Of a stretch of DNA of 64,000 nt, positions 27,984 through 45,440 are shown in pieces. The position numbers and the translations under genes were made by a program. Below the pieces are notes generated by a model. That model was not told the origin of the DNA and made no database searches. It saw nothing but the letters and a program-made list of their open reading frames with translations. Source of the stretch: the human T2T-CHM13v2.0 reference genome, Homo sapiens; the NCBI RefSeq assembly GCF_009914755.1, contig NC_060927.1; one strand, written 5' to 3'. Position 1 is the stretch's first letter, and each line of letters opens with the position of its first letter.

Positions 27984-28741
27984 CTGATGAAAGCTAATAG
28001 TAAAACTCTCAAGTCTGTACCCAAGCAAAGCACCTGATCAGTATCTGATCCAAGCAAGTCAAAAAAGGAAAGAAGTTTGTGTGTAACTTTTGGCTTCAGA
28101 CTGATATGAAAGGCTTCATCCTTTCAATTAAGGCATAGACTTTTGCCTATCTGTGATATAAAATATATTAACAGCTATAGACTAGGAATTTTTACATTTA
28201 AGCCAAAATACAGCCAACAGAGTTTAAATTTTAAGTAATTTGTTAAACTAAATTAACTGAATTTTCAATTATAGGTTTTAAATGCTTAGAAATTTTCCAT
28301 ACGTTTGTTATAGACCTCTTGTTATTTTCTAGTTTCAAAAATGTGTCTTTGCATAAACTCACGGTTTTCAGGTTTTTCACAACTGCTTCAATAAGCATTA
28401 CAGTAATGCTTTTTAAAACGAAACGATTTCCTTTGCTATATTATTGCCCAGTTGACGTTCTTATCCAAAGCCAGTTTTGCTCTCTGAATTTACTTTTTTC
28501 TTTCTTCTCCCCAAAGGTGTATTGATATGATACACACTCCTTCCATTTCCTGGTTTAATTTGAACATGTCATCCTCCCACATCATAATCCAGTCCATCTA
28601 CCAACAACTTATTTTTCTTCTGTGAGACTGGCATTGATGATGGAGATCACAGGGTTTAGGATGTCTCTTTTCAGTTATTGAGCCTGGCCCATTCCCAGTC
28701 CTAATCTTTTTCTTGTTAAAAATCAATTATACATATATATA

Positions 28742-28846
28742 TTTTTATTATACTTTAAGTTTTAGGGTACATGTGCACAATGCGCAGTTTAGTTACATAT
28801 GTATACATGTGCCTTGTTGGTGTGCTGGACCCAGTAACTAGTCATT
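28742..28846 (-). mobile_element. Very short young L1PA 3' tip
   Basis: ttattatactttaagttttagggtacatgtgcac...; ttaaaaatc on both sides as probable TSD. Confidence 0.9.
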
Positions 28847-29339
28847 TTTTAAAAATCTTTGTCCTTTTCTCAAATCCTCCCTCCAACAACAGGAGACAGC
28901 TTTCTTTAAATGTCCCTGCTCCGTCACCATTTTCTGTGAACAAGTCTCTGCTCCATCAGGATGCACAACAACTACCCAGACCCATGTAGTGACATTCCAA
29001 ATAAGCTTCTCTTTGGTCTTGGAGCCAAAGAACCAAGTCCTAATTCCCAATTTCTCCCAAACTTTCACTATCTCAGTGTATTCTCTCTTCTCACTCTTAT
29101 TTCTATCAAGACACCTATGAATGGCCTTCTCTTTCATTGAACAACAGTTGATTCAGATACAATCAATTCAATAACTCTCATTTTAGATCAGAAACATACA
29201 TTTATGTTTAGAAAAGACTAATCAATTGAGTACCTAAGAAAACAAACAAGGAGCTAATTTAATGTCCTGTTCCCAAGAGCACTCTCACACAGACACAGAA
29301 ACAAACATACACTCACACATCCCTACACACCAACTGTTT

Positions 29340-29720
29340 TACTAAAATCCAGCCACACTACCTTTTTTGTCTTCCTTCATCAGGCCATGCTTGTTTGGGG
29401 CTTTTGAACACGCTTTTCTACAAGGCTCTTCTCCCAGATCATTTCATGATGGCTTCCCCTTCTCATCATTCAGTCCTCAACTCAAATGGCACGTGGTTAC
29501 TCTTTATCCCACTATCCACCCTATCTGACCCAAGTCACTTTTGATCCCACTGCCCAGATTTCTTTTCTTCACAGGATATCACTATCTGCAACTATTTTAC
29601 TTATTTATAAACTGACTCATTGTCGATTTTCCTACATTAAGGAGGCTATCTGTCTTATTCTCTGCCAAATCACTTGCCCCTAGGTGTCATGCCTGGCACA
29701 TAGTAAGCACTGATAGATCT
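29340..29720 (+). mobile_element. L2 3' fragment
   Basis: Ends tgcctggcacatagtaagcac...aataaatgaat. Confidence 0.7.
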
Positions 29721-30300
29721 GAGTAACGAATAAATGAATTTACAGAAATCGTTAGCCATAAATAGTTTTCAAGTGCTTACAATGTGCAAGGTAGTTCTTT
29801 TTTCAGTTGAATCCTAGGATGAAAAATGCTCTGTCTCTCAGCATTAATGGGGCACAGTAAGTCCATTTAAGAGATAGGTCCAAGATCAAGTGGATGAAGC
29901 TTATTTTGAAAAAGTTCTAAACAAAATATATTCCTACCACATTAGACCTAAAATGTATTAATACATAAGATTAACAACATTGTTCTTCTCAGCTATTGTT
30001 TCCTTCATACTTCCCCATTAAACTTTTGATATGTCATTATGTCCTTTTATGATGTCAAAAACAATTGAATGGAACTGAATGAAAGTAGTTACAACGACAC
30101 ATACCCAATTTGGGACCTTTACTGCCAAAATAGATGGGTCAAAATGATGAAACATGGTAAGATTCGGGGTGAGACCAAACCCTGAATCTTTACATGTTCA
30201 CTCCCTCCCACATTCATACAATGTACAAATATCCTGACTATACCTAGCCTTGACAAGCGTTCTAATGCCTCTACAGGTGAAAACATCCATTCATTTAAAC

Positions 30301-30498
30301 CAGGACCTTTATCTATAAAGTGCCAAATAATAAATATTTTAGCCTTTGCAGGTCATAAAGTTTCTGTTTCAACTACTCAATTCTGCTACTATAGTCTGAA
30401 AGCAGCCATAAGCAATAAACATATAAACAAATGACCATGGCTGTACTCCAATAAAACTTTGTTTACAGAAGGGGGTGGGATGCATTTGGCAAACCCTG
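30301..30498. mobile_element. MER58-like hAT DNA transposon
   Basis: aaatattttagcctttgcaggtc...caactactcaattctgc...aaagcagccata...ccaataaaacttt. Confidence 0.7.
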
Positions 30499-31162
30499 AT
30501 CTAACCCATCAGTGAAGCCTCCAAAGTTTATATATGGGGAGATTTAGAAAGAAAATTTGATCAGAAAGTGTGTTAGGAGGACTTGTGTTAGAATCTGCTT
30601 TTCTGTGATACACATTTTGCTTTTATATGAAATATATGTGTATGGGGGGGTTGGAAAAGATTACGGGAAAACTGAACCCCTCAGGTCACTCTTATCACTG
30701 CCGCCTAATCCTGCAATCCATTTGAGGGTGTTCTTGGCATTACATTTTGGCCTTCTATAGATTCATCAGCTTTCTCTGCATATTTTATCCATCAGATTAT
30801 TTATATCGTAATTCTACAATTATTTTTGAAAAGCTACAACAAACACTCGGTTGAAGTTCAAAATATACATTCCCCTTAACCATGCTAATTCTGCATTCTA
30901 TTTCAAACATTATTAATTTTGTCAGGCAAGATTTGTTTATAATAAACTCATTTTTTTCATCGCTCATGATTCCTTTGTCTTCAAGATGTTTACTGATTTC
31001 TCTTACAATGTTTTATGAGAATGTTGTCAGATACCCTGTAAGCCATTCAACATTACATTTACATCTATTATAACAATTCTTTCTCCCTCAAAATCTTTTA
31101 GGTCTTCCAAATTTCCCAATTGGAATATACCTTTATCCAAAGTATAATAAATACACCTTTAC

Positions 31163-31258
31163 CTGTTTCTGGTTGATAGCTACTTTCAAAAGGTATTTTA
31201 AACGCATTATATGTTTTTCAAAATTGTGTTTTAACACCAAAACAGCCACACAATTAAA
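31163..31258 (-). pseudogene. Fossil exon E17 (96 nt, FNCVAVLVLKHNFEKHIMRLKYLLKVAINQKQ); alternative acceptor at 31277
   Basis: tttactaaattttag| ... CAG|gtaaag; 32 open codons, phase 0-0. Confidence 0.7.
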
Positions 31259-32047
31259 CTAAAATTTAGTAAAGATTCTAAATGATAACACACTGTCATA
31301 AGATACATTACATATTAATTAGCAATGTTATCATTTTCTATTCTCCATCTTATAGTTTCTGTAATAAATCCTACTGCCAATCAGCTTTCATTATCAGCCC
31401 GTCTAATCATGATAACCAATAAATTGTACTCTATGCTTCTGACATCCAATTCTGCTTTATCTATTCTAGCTATAGTGTCAAAATATTTTTGTAGCTTCAA
31501 CTAGGGTTTGACAAAAATGCTAAAACTATAAAATCTAAATGTAAAGTTTACCATTAAATTATATCAGCATGTCATACAACCATGATTTTTAAAATAAAAT
31601 GAGAAAATACATAAAGTAAGATTTTAGATAACATGATAAAGTCTGCTTCAGTTTGATTCAGTATTCAATAAATAAAACCACTTGAGAATCCCAGTAAAAG
31701 TAAACCTTGAGATGGTTGAAATATCCATTTTAAATAACGGGAACTTTTAGGTAATTGTCTCTATGAAACAAGAATCAGGCTTTTGAGGTCATAAAATGCT
31801 TGACCTTCCCAGGTACAATGAATGCAGAAAGCTTACTACTAAGTTACACAATAGGGGTAAGACTGTTGAATCTATCTGAAAAATTACATTTTCAAAAGCT
31901 CCACAAAGTAACTGATTCATTAAAGAAATAATTGGAAAGATTCTTTCTCTTTCCTCATATGAAGGAGAAATCACAAAACGTTGCAATATTTTCAAAAGAG
32001 GATGAAGTGCTCACATTTCACTTGTGAGGTTTCAATAGCTTTATTAC

Positions 32048-32074
32048 CTATGCTCTTGCTGTTTGTTCAGCATG
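32048..32074 (-). pseudogene. Fossil exon E16 (27 nt, HAEQTARA* or MLNKQQEH)
   Basis: tacttttcttcag| ... TAG|gtaata; symmetric length. Confidence 0.7.
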
Positions 32075-32565
32075 CTGAAGAAAAGTATTTCCAAAATAAC
32101 ATAGGTTTGCTAATCCTTGGTTCCTGATAATATCACATGATAGGATAGGAGCTTTCAAACACAGTCAAGCTGACAGTCACTTGCTCTGTACTCAGAGGGA
32201 CCAATTTCTCCCTGTAGACATGAATACAGCACAAATAATAAAGTGCCAAAAGTTGAGTGTAAGTGCAAACCCTTCAACATCACTCAGGTATCAGCAAAAA
32301 GTACCTGTTTAGCTACATGTAGAAGTCAGGTACAACATGTTGAAAGGGAGGGAAGATTAGAATTGAAATAATTTATCTGCCTCTGCTAGTTTATCTGCAT
32401 CACTGAAAAGAATTAAACCAACCTTGCCAAAGGTAAGTCTTGTCTAGGTACAAACTGTCTTATCAATGCCATCTCATCTATTCCCTATCGTCTTCTTTTT
32501 TTTTCTTTTTTTGAAAGAAACTTTTTATTTATTGTTTTTTTCACATTGCAAGTGATGGTATCCAG

Positions 32566-36482
<3,917 letters not shown>

Positions 36483-37849
36483 TTCTTATCTCTCTTTCTC
36501 TCCTAAACTTTTTTTTTGTAATAATCTCTCTCTCCACCTAAACTTTTCAACTTCTCTCTCTTTCTGTCTTTTTTACTCCCTCCACTAGACATACCCACTC
36601 TCTCTCACAAATAAATACTCACTGTATGATGCTAACTGCTAACTTAAAGGAGATGTAATTTTATCACTCACATATGATTATTGATGTGAAAGTGCAAGAG
36701 TAAATATGTCAGCAACTGAAAAATTAGGGCAACATGATCCAAATCAAGTGCTAAATATATTAATCATATACATACTATGCACTTCTATAGAAAAATTATT
36801 AGGCTATAAGCAATCATAAAGATTAGCATAAATAACCTAAAAAAACTATTAAAAGTCAAGACAGGGAGATTCAGCTGACAGAGTTGTATCTCTCTTTCTT
36901 TTCATATAAAGAGATATTCAGTATGATGTTGCTAATTAAGAAGTGAAACAAGTTAGAATGAAAGCTATAAAGGGAAATCTCTGGGTGTCAGACAAAAAGA
37001 AAGAACTCAAAGCCAGAGCAGAAGGTGGGGCTGAACTCTTGGTGTCCCCCTAGAGCACCATAGCCACATATATCCATATATTTGTCCGCAGTGTGGGGAA
37101 ACAGACAAAGCCTGAAGCCAATGAGAGGAGTGGAACAGAAGCTGAGACTCCCACTTATTAATGGATGTCCCCTCACGCATCTGTAAGATTTAGACTAGAA
37201 AAGTCTATAGGTCTATAGACTAGCCCAGAGACAGAGTAATAAAACTAGAAATCTTCTTAGGGTTCTGGGGGAAAAAAAAACATAGAAAATGAAACCCAGA
37301 TACGTGCCATGAGTGCCTTAGGAATCAGCATTGCATTATTTGGGACAGAAAACTCAAAGCTAAAAATTAACACAAAACCAATTAGGTTTTCTGTAGACCA
37401 GTACAGGCACAGATCATGGGTCACAGAATAGAAGGAAATACTAAATTACTTTGGAAGGACCCAAGGCACTCACAGAGAAAACAACTTTCTTCACCTGAGA
37501 ATGAGCTAACCATAGGATCAAAAACTGATACTCTTTTGTTCAATTCAACATCTACCTATTAAATGCTTTTTTAGGCAGATAATATTTTAGACCCTGAAGA
37601 TATATTAGTGAATAAAACATAATTCCTGTTTATACTCTCATGAGGAAGACAATGAATACAGAAATATAAAATATAATGTTCAGTACTAACAAATGCCACA
37701 AGAGAAAAGCAGTACAAAAGAAAATAGAAGAAGAGATGGAGAAACAGATATGTAGAAAAAATATTTATAGAAAGACTCTAAGAAGGTGATATTTGAGCAG
37801 AACCCTGAACAAAGTAAAGGAGTGAGTCATGAGGCAGAAGATACATCAA

Positions 37850-38900
37850 CAGGAAAGAATACAATTAGTAAAGATATAGAAGATTTAAATTACATCATTT
37901 TGAACTAACTGATGTGTAAAAACTTCACCTTTTGAAAATTGCACATTCTTTCCAACTAATGTGTAATATTTATAAAATTCAACCATTATGATCTAAAAAG
38001 AGGTGTTAACAAATACCAAAGAATTGGTATTACAAAATAAGGTATCTGACCACAATGGAATAAAATAAGAAATTAAGATGAAAAGATAGATTAAAAAGCC
38101 CTATATATTTAGAAACTAAAAAAACATTCATAAATATTCCATGAGTCAAAGAAGAAATCATAATTGAAATATTAATTATTTAAAATGAACACAATAAAGG
38201 CACTACATATCAAAACCTGTGGGATGCAGCTAAAGTGGTTCTTAGTGGAAAATTTATGGCTTTAAATGCATATATTAGATTTTTTAAATACGTAAAATTA
38301 ATTAGTTTAGGATCTCACTTAGCAAGTTAAAAAATAATAGCAGAATAATCCATGTAAAAGAGAAGGAAAGAATAATGATTAGAACAAAAATTAATAACAT
38401 GAAACAAATGTACAATAGAGAGTATCAGCAAAACCAAAATTTGTTCTTTAAGAAGAGGTGTAATATATTAGGCTAAACCATATTATTTTTTCAGTATTCA
38501 ACCCATAGTAAAACTTATGCTGATCAAAAAATATTAATCATTAAATATTTAAGAAAGAAAATAGAGGCACTGATTAGAAACTTTAGGAATAAAGAGAATG
38601 TATCTCAAACAATATAGGAAAGATTTAAAATAACCTGAGAATATACTAAACAACTAAATGGCAATCAATTTACAAACTCAAATGAAATAAGCAGTTTCCT
38701 AGAAACATGAAATGTAAGAAAAATATGTAATTAGAAATAGAAAACCTGAATAAATTTATGATCAATAATTGAGAGAAAAAATAATCTCCTGACAAGTTAC
38801 ATCTCACATGGTTTAACAGTTGAATCCTGCCAAGCCTTTAAGGAATGGATAATCGTAGCCTGATATAAACTATTACAGAAAGAAAAATAAATATCCAAAC
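37850..38900 (+). mobile_element. Old L1M ORF2 fragment
   Basis: tctgaccacaatggaataaaa, caaaacctgtgggatgcagctaaag...ggaaaatttatggctttaaatgc. Confidence 0.75.
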
Positions 38901-39470
38901 TTCACTGTCTTCTTACTTTTTTCTCAGAGCACTTAGTGTCTTAGTAATATTTTCACAACAAACTTAGCTTAAAAGTATGTAACAGATCCATTAATTTAGT
39001 ACTTAGGTCTAAACAATTAAATAAGTATTTTTGTCCCAGCAATACAGCCATATAGAAATAATAAACACAAATTTTTAAAAATTATTTTTACTTCATTCTT
39101 ATATAGCCATCTTTAAGTTTATTATTATTGGGATGTGTGTGCCTGTCAGGCACTGCACAACTTTTCAAACCTTGAAATCTGATTGGACACTGCCACACTT
39201 ATTTCCTGTTCTATATTGATTTTCATGCAGTACCTGCTTTCTATGACAGCAACCACAAAAACCAAGCTTCACGAAGACATGACACCATCAGGATGAATTT
39301 ACTGAAATCCCACGCTAAAACTGAACTATTCAGGGTAGTGTCTGACCTGGTGTCTGACAGATGTTGAATATTGCTACGTTTCTCTTAAAAATTTTAAATA
39401 GCTCATGGCCCACCTGTGAGTTCACTGTGGCCCTACAGGAGTGCCTTGGAACATAGATTGCAAACCATGG
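38900..39470. mobile_element. Probable hAT-Charlie DNA transposon fragment
   Basis: Charlie-like terminus cctgtgagttcactgtggccct...acatagattgcaaaccatgg; by-eye call. Confidence 0.45.
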
Positions 39471-40674
39471 CATTATGGTGAGAAATGACTTATGTAAATT
39501 TTTAAGTAAACAAAACTGCACCGAATGTTCATGGATAAGTGTGTGCGCATGTGCTGCATGAAATGAAATGAAAATATAAAAATAGTAAAAATATGAACTG
39601 AAAGCATATGCATTAACTTCAGAAGAGTGGTTACCTCTAGGGACAAAAGGTGGAACTGTAAACACAAGGGAACTTCAACTATTTCTGCAATGACTAATTT
39701 CTGTAAAAACAAAATTCAAGCAAATATGGCAAATGCTAATGTTTTTAAAATATGGGTGATGGGTATTTGGTATTTATTACATTAATTTCGTGCCTTATTA
39801 TACTTTTGAAATAGTTCATAAAAGAAAATAAGAAATGACAAGCATTGTGAGTTTTCAAAAGCTTCATATAGGTTTCTACTTTTAGCATGCCATTCTAAAT
39901 CCCAGGACATCTGGTTACTGTTAGACCTGCTTTTCTAGTTTCCATTTAGAATCATTAAACTATCCATTCAGAGTAGTCTTAACATTTAAAGACAAAAAAT
40001 CATATAAAGACCCCTATTTCATAAGCTTCACCCTAAGTCACAAATGCTGCTTTTATTTAGTAACTTTGAAAAAATCTCAGCAGAAATCAGATATAAGTGC
40101 TTTCTATTCACTTCTTCAAAATATACTTATTTTCTCATTTCAGTTATTGAAAATAATACCATAGTATGATAGAACATAACATGTATTCATTTAGTGCTAT
40201 CCCAAACCCCACAAATCTCTGGTCTATTGCAAGAAATATACTCATTTTCAAACTTAGTATTAATATATTTATTTTGTAGGATACTAACCAAGTCAAAAAT
40301 GAAACTACATTGAATTAACTGATGATTATGCCAGATGTACATTAAGTTTGTGTTAGTCACGTATGCCAGTTCCTCACATCCATCTCCCCTTTACCTTCTC
40401 CCAACCCCAACTTTTCAAAATAAAATTAATATTATTCATTAGAAGCAGGAAACTATAGAGGGAATGTCAGCAAATGTCAGAAGTTCCATGTATCAGTCAA
40501 GGATCAAAGAAGTTCCACAATAATAACATGAGCTACAATAATAAAGTAAATAAGATAGCAATTATCCCACCTTACTCTGAACTGGCCAGATCATGGCACA
40601 TGTCTTTTATTATGAGGACACTGCCTTATCAAAAAGCCTAAAGAGAAAAACATGTAGAATGGTGAGAAATCTTA

Positions 40675-41562
40675 TTTTTTTCTTTTCTTTTTTTTATTAT
40701 TATGCTTTAAGCTCCGGGGTACATGTGTAGAACATGCAGGTTTGTTACATAGGTATACATATGCCATGGTGGCTTGCTGCACCCATCAACCTGTCATCTA
40801 CATGAGGTATTTCTCCTAATGCTATCCCTCCCCTAGCCTCCCACCCCCCAAAAGGCCCTGGTGTGTGATGTTCCCCTCCCTGTGTCCATGTGTTCTCATT
40901 GTTCAAATCCCACTTATGAGTGAGAACACGTGGTGTCTGGTTTTCTGTTCTTGTGTTAGTTTGCTGAGAATGATGGTTTCCAGCTTCATCCATGTCCCTG
41001 CAAAGAACATGAACTCATCCATTTTTATGGCTGCATAGTATTCCATGGTGTATATGTGCCACATTTTCTTTATCCAGTCTATCATTGATGGGCATTTGGG
41101 TTGGTTCCAAGTCTTTGTTATTGTGAACAGTGCCACAATAAACATACGTGTATTTTTTATAACATACACATATGTCTTTATAGTAGAATGATTTATAATC
41201 CTTTGGGTATATACCCAGTAATGGGATTCCTAGATCATGTGGTATTTCTAGTTCTAGATACAAGATAAAAACAAACAACCCCATCAGAGAGTGGGTGAAG
41301 GATATGAACAGACATTTCTCAAAAGAAGACATTTATGCAGCCAATAAACATGGAAAAAAAAGCTCATCATCACTGGTCATTAGAGAAATGCAAATCAAAA
41401 CCACAGTAAGATACCATCTCATGCCAGTTAGAATGGTGATCATTAAAAAGTCAGGAAACAACAGATGCTGAAGAGGATGTGGAGAAATAGGAACGCTTTT
41501 ACCCTGTTGGTGGGAGTGTAAATTAGTTCAACCATTGTGGAAGACAGTGTGGCAATTCCTCA
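40675..41562 (-). mobile_element. L1PA 3' fragment with 5' inversion (twin priming)
   Basis: Minus part to ~41259, plus part 41260-41562; 19-bp TSD agaatggtgagaaatctta. Confidence 0.95.
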
Positions 41563-42494
41563 AGAATGGTGAGAAATCTTAAACAGTAGGGGCAGTTGAG
41601 GCAACTAGAGAGGTTTAACTTGGAAAACAGAAGACAAAGAGAGAAATCTCCAGTATCACCATGTTTTTGGTAGAGTATTATGTGGAGAGATAATCAGGTA
41701 GTTACAAATCACTGGAAGACAAGAGCATGGATCTCCAGGAATGACTGCTAGATCCACAGTGTAGAACCTTTGGGGTGATTAAAACGTTCTGGAATTAGAT
41801 AGTGGTGATGTTTGTACAACCTTGCGAATATGCTAAACTCTATTCTTGAAATGTGTGAAATTTTATGGTATGTGTAAAACAAATTTTTAAGTGTCCATTA
41901 GATTCAGTAACATGATTAGTATAATCCAAATAATACATGAAAAGTCAAAAAGCAAACAATAAAAACAATGGTTTCCAAAGAAATAAAGTAATTTTTCAAG
42001 ACAGATTGAAATGTTAGGAAAGAGTTTTCTTTTTCTTTTCTTTAAAAAAAAAATAGTGAAGGGCTTGAACAAGTTCGAATGTTGATAACAAAGGAGTTTA
42101 CAAAGAGACAAAGCATGAAGACATAGAAAAGATAAAATTAATCAATACTGCAAAATTTCTAAAAAAGTAGAATTAGTGTTCAAAACATAGGTAAACAGAT
42201 TAGTCTTTTTAAGTGGTAGGTTAATTTCTTTTTACAAAACTTCATGAAAAGAGGATACCACTAGCTAGTCCCACCCAGCTGACCCAGGATATTTACAGAT
42301 TTTATCTTGGGATGTTAAGCATGTACTTAGATGGATGTGTCTACTTTTTTTTGACTAGATGATAATGTAGTCTGCTGGGGAGAAGAAGGAGCAAAGGTAG
42401 AAAGGGTAAATAATTTGTTCAACATTAGCCAGCTAGAAATGGATAGATTTCATTTTTGAAATCATTTATTTTTTTAGGATATATTTAAGGTGCT

Positions 42495-42880
42495 CAGCAT
42501 GTTTTGATATAACTATAAATAGTGAAATGATTACTACAGTCAAGCAAATTAACTTCTTTTTATTTTGAAGTGATTATATACACACATGAAGTTGCAAATT
42601 AGTATAGATAGGTCAAATTTACCCGTTACCCAGCTTTCCACATTGGTACCATCTTACATAACCATGTACATTATGAAAATGAGGAAGTTGACCTAGTACA
42701 ATAAAATAAACAACAAATTTTATTTGGATTTCATCAATTTGTGCATGCACTCATTTTTTGTACGTCTTTGTATCACATGTATTGATATAACCACCAAAAA
42801 AATCAAGATACAAAGCTGTTGTGCCATCACAAAAGAATTTGTGACCTCTTTATATGCCTGACCTTCTGAAACCTCTGAAA
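42495..42880 (-). mobile_element. Old L1M 3' fragment
   Basis: gaagttgcaaattagtatagataggtc...taaccaccaaaaaaatcaagataca. Confidence 0.55.
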
Positions 42881-43469
42881 ATAACTAGACTTAATCATAA
42901 GAGTAATGGGAAACTACTGAAGAGTATTAAGTGATAAAGTCACATGGCAGACTGTTTCATGTTTCCCTTTATCTCAAATAAAAACAGGGGTGCATAACTG
43001 AAGAAAGAAGAGGCATTAGAATATTATTTCAATAACTAAGGTAAAGCATGATGATGTAGAATAGAATAGTGACTCTAGATATGCAGCAGAGTGGATAATT
43101 TCAAAGATGTAGATTCAAAAGAATATGGTAGTTAACTGAATGTGGTAGTCAGGAAGGGATCAAGCTGAGCTTACCTGACTTGGATATCTGGGTTGGTGGT
43201 AATATCATTCACAGAGATGTGAATCATGAGAGAAGTGGCTTGGATGTGCTAAGTTTATTTCTTTATATGTCAAGTTACTTATGGGTTATTCAAATGAAGA
43301 TGTCTAGAAGGTAATTTGGTATTGGAGTCTGAGGTTCAGGAAGAGGATCTTGTTTAAGATAAAGATGTGGCTGTAATTGATCCATATATAGTAACTGAAG
43401 CCAGAAAATTGGGTAAGATCAATCAGAATATGGTATCATCGAAGTCAAGAGAAAAGAATGAGGATAGTG

Positions 43470-43856
43470 GAGGGAAAAGGAGGGGAAAGGAGGGGAGGTT
43501 GGGGAGGGGAGGGGAGGGAAAAGGAGGGGAAAGGAGAGGAGAGGAGAGCAGAGGAGAGGAGAGGAGCAGGGAAATGAAAGGAGGAAGGAAAGGGAAGGGA
43601 AGGGGAAGAGGAAGGGGGAAAGGGAGAGGGAGAGAGAAAGGGAAAGGGAGAGGGAAAGGAAAGGAGGAAGGAAAGGAAAGGAGGAGGGAAATGAAAGGAA
43701 AGGAAAGGGGGAGGGAAATGAAAGCAGGAAGGAAAGGAAAGGAGGAGGGAAATGAAAGGAAAGGAAAGGGGGAGGGAAATGAAAGGGGGAGGGAAATTTT
43801 CAGGGCAAAACAGAAAGAATGGAAGGACAGAAAGATGGAAGAGAGGAAGGAAGGAA
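43470..43856. repeat. Polypurine (GGA/GGAAA-rich) low-complexity tract
   Basis: Direct reading; source of ORFs 43367..43891. Confidence 0.95.
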
Positions 43857-44570
43857 CTTGCACAAATTGAGGGCACATGTAAAAACTTCAAATATCATGT
43901 ACTCATTACATATAATTTGTGCTATATAAAACTTAATGCAAACTTATCAGCTTTTCTTTCTTTAAACCTACTTTTTTTTTACTTACTGTTTTTCCCTCGA
44001 AAAGTTCTTTATTCTTAGAAGGAATTTCCTCAAATATTTATATTCGATACCAATATTTTTTCTAAAATGAAACATCTCTATTTTCTTGGCCCAAGAACTG
44101 TGGTAACTAGCTTGAAAACAGTGCTATATATTTGTTATGTCAGGAAAAATATAGTTGAATGAAGTGTTCTCTTTCCCATAAAGAAAAAAGAGTTTCAAGC
44201 TACATTTAAGTTTTCTTTATACTACCACCTCTCCAAGCGTTTCAGCTATCATTGTTTTTTAACTGCCTCTATAATATACAATATGCAGCCAAATATTTGG
44301 AGATATTTTGGTCAAAAGGTATGTTAGCAACAACAATAGAAATAATAAAACAATTCTCAATGATAACTGAAGCTATTGCATAATTTAAATAAAATGGAAA
44401 AAGTCAGCATCAACTTTGAATTCATTGGCCTTTGTCAATTTATGTTGCAATGTTATATTTGTTTAAGGCATAACTCTGAATTCATTTAATGACCTAGACT
44501 ATTTAGTGTTGGACTTTCATTTAAAAAAAAAATAGCAAAATAAAATGCCATCTCGTAGAGTGCTATTTAC

Positions 44571-44638
44571 CATATGAGATCCATCTGGCAATACCATCTA
44601 ATATTTAACTTTGAAGGCACTGTTATCAAATAGTTGCT
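44571..44638 (-). pseudogene. Fossil exon E15 (68 nt, QLFDNSAFKVKY*MVLPDGSHM)
   Basis: gcactttag| ... ATG|gtaaat; phase 1-0; one TAG (another frame is stop-free, so frame is not certain). Confidence 0.7.
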
Positions 44639-44985
44639 CTAAAGTGCTTATAAGAGGCAAATTCTTCTGGTTTTTCTTCTAAGGCATATTATATTACTGA
44701 TAATTTTAGGATAACAGATCTGAATGTAGATGATTTTAAATGTTGATTACAGCACATTATTTAATATTTTAAATATTGACTAATTCATTTTTAAATTATT
44801 TGTAAATTAGCAGACTATTTCTTTTATAAAATTAAATATTTTGTATTCTCCCACCCCACCGCTAGAAGTCTTTAAGGGGAATATTATAATTTTAAAATAA
44901 AGGATTTAAAGTAACAGTTTCCTGTTAGTTTTGTGGACTGTTTTCTTTTCCAGTAATATTTTGAGTCCAGTTCACCATAACTTAC

Positions 44986-45011
44986 CAATACCCTTTCACA
45001 TTGCCCAACCC
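44986..45011 (-). pseudogene. Fossil exon E14 (26 nt, GWAM*KGI)
   Basis: gtgtttctag| ... TTG|gtaagt; phase 2-1; one TGA. Confidence 0.7.
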
Positions 45012-45147
45012 CTAGAAACACTTAACAGATTTTTCTCTCCATAGGTTGGCTATATTCAAAAGAAACATTGGCCTATCAGGACCTCTCAGTATCCATGTTG
45101 TGGACAAGACCAAAGAGAACTTAACACTTTGAAAACAGCTACTTTAC

Positions 45148-45195
45148 CTTATGTGCGACTCATAAACATTTAACTCAGTGTTACTCAGTGATGTG
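45148..45195 (-). pseudogene. Fossil exon E13 (48 nt, TSLSNTELNVYESHI)
   Basis: tacttttggcag| ... AAG|gtaaag; open, phase 2-2. Confidence 0.7.
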
Positions 45196-45440
45196 CTGCC
45201 AAAAGTAATTTACCAGGTTCCAAATGCTATATATCTGGATAAACTGGTCTCCAAAAGCAAACAAACAAAAAACCTCATTATATATTTTTAAAGAAAAATG
45301 TGGCCCCCACTACTAGGTCAGCAGAGAATTCTGAGAATATATAACAAGTCCTATGACTTCAGTCCCAAAAGCTCTGGCACAGGAAAACACTATAAACTTC
45401 TTGCAACAAGAGAATACCATCAATACTAGCAGGGACATGC

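Noticed and set aside
43367-44018. 88-167 aa G/R/E/K-rich and P/F/S/L-rich ORFs
   Set aside because: Artefacts of the purine low-complexity tract.
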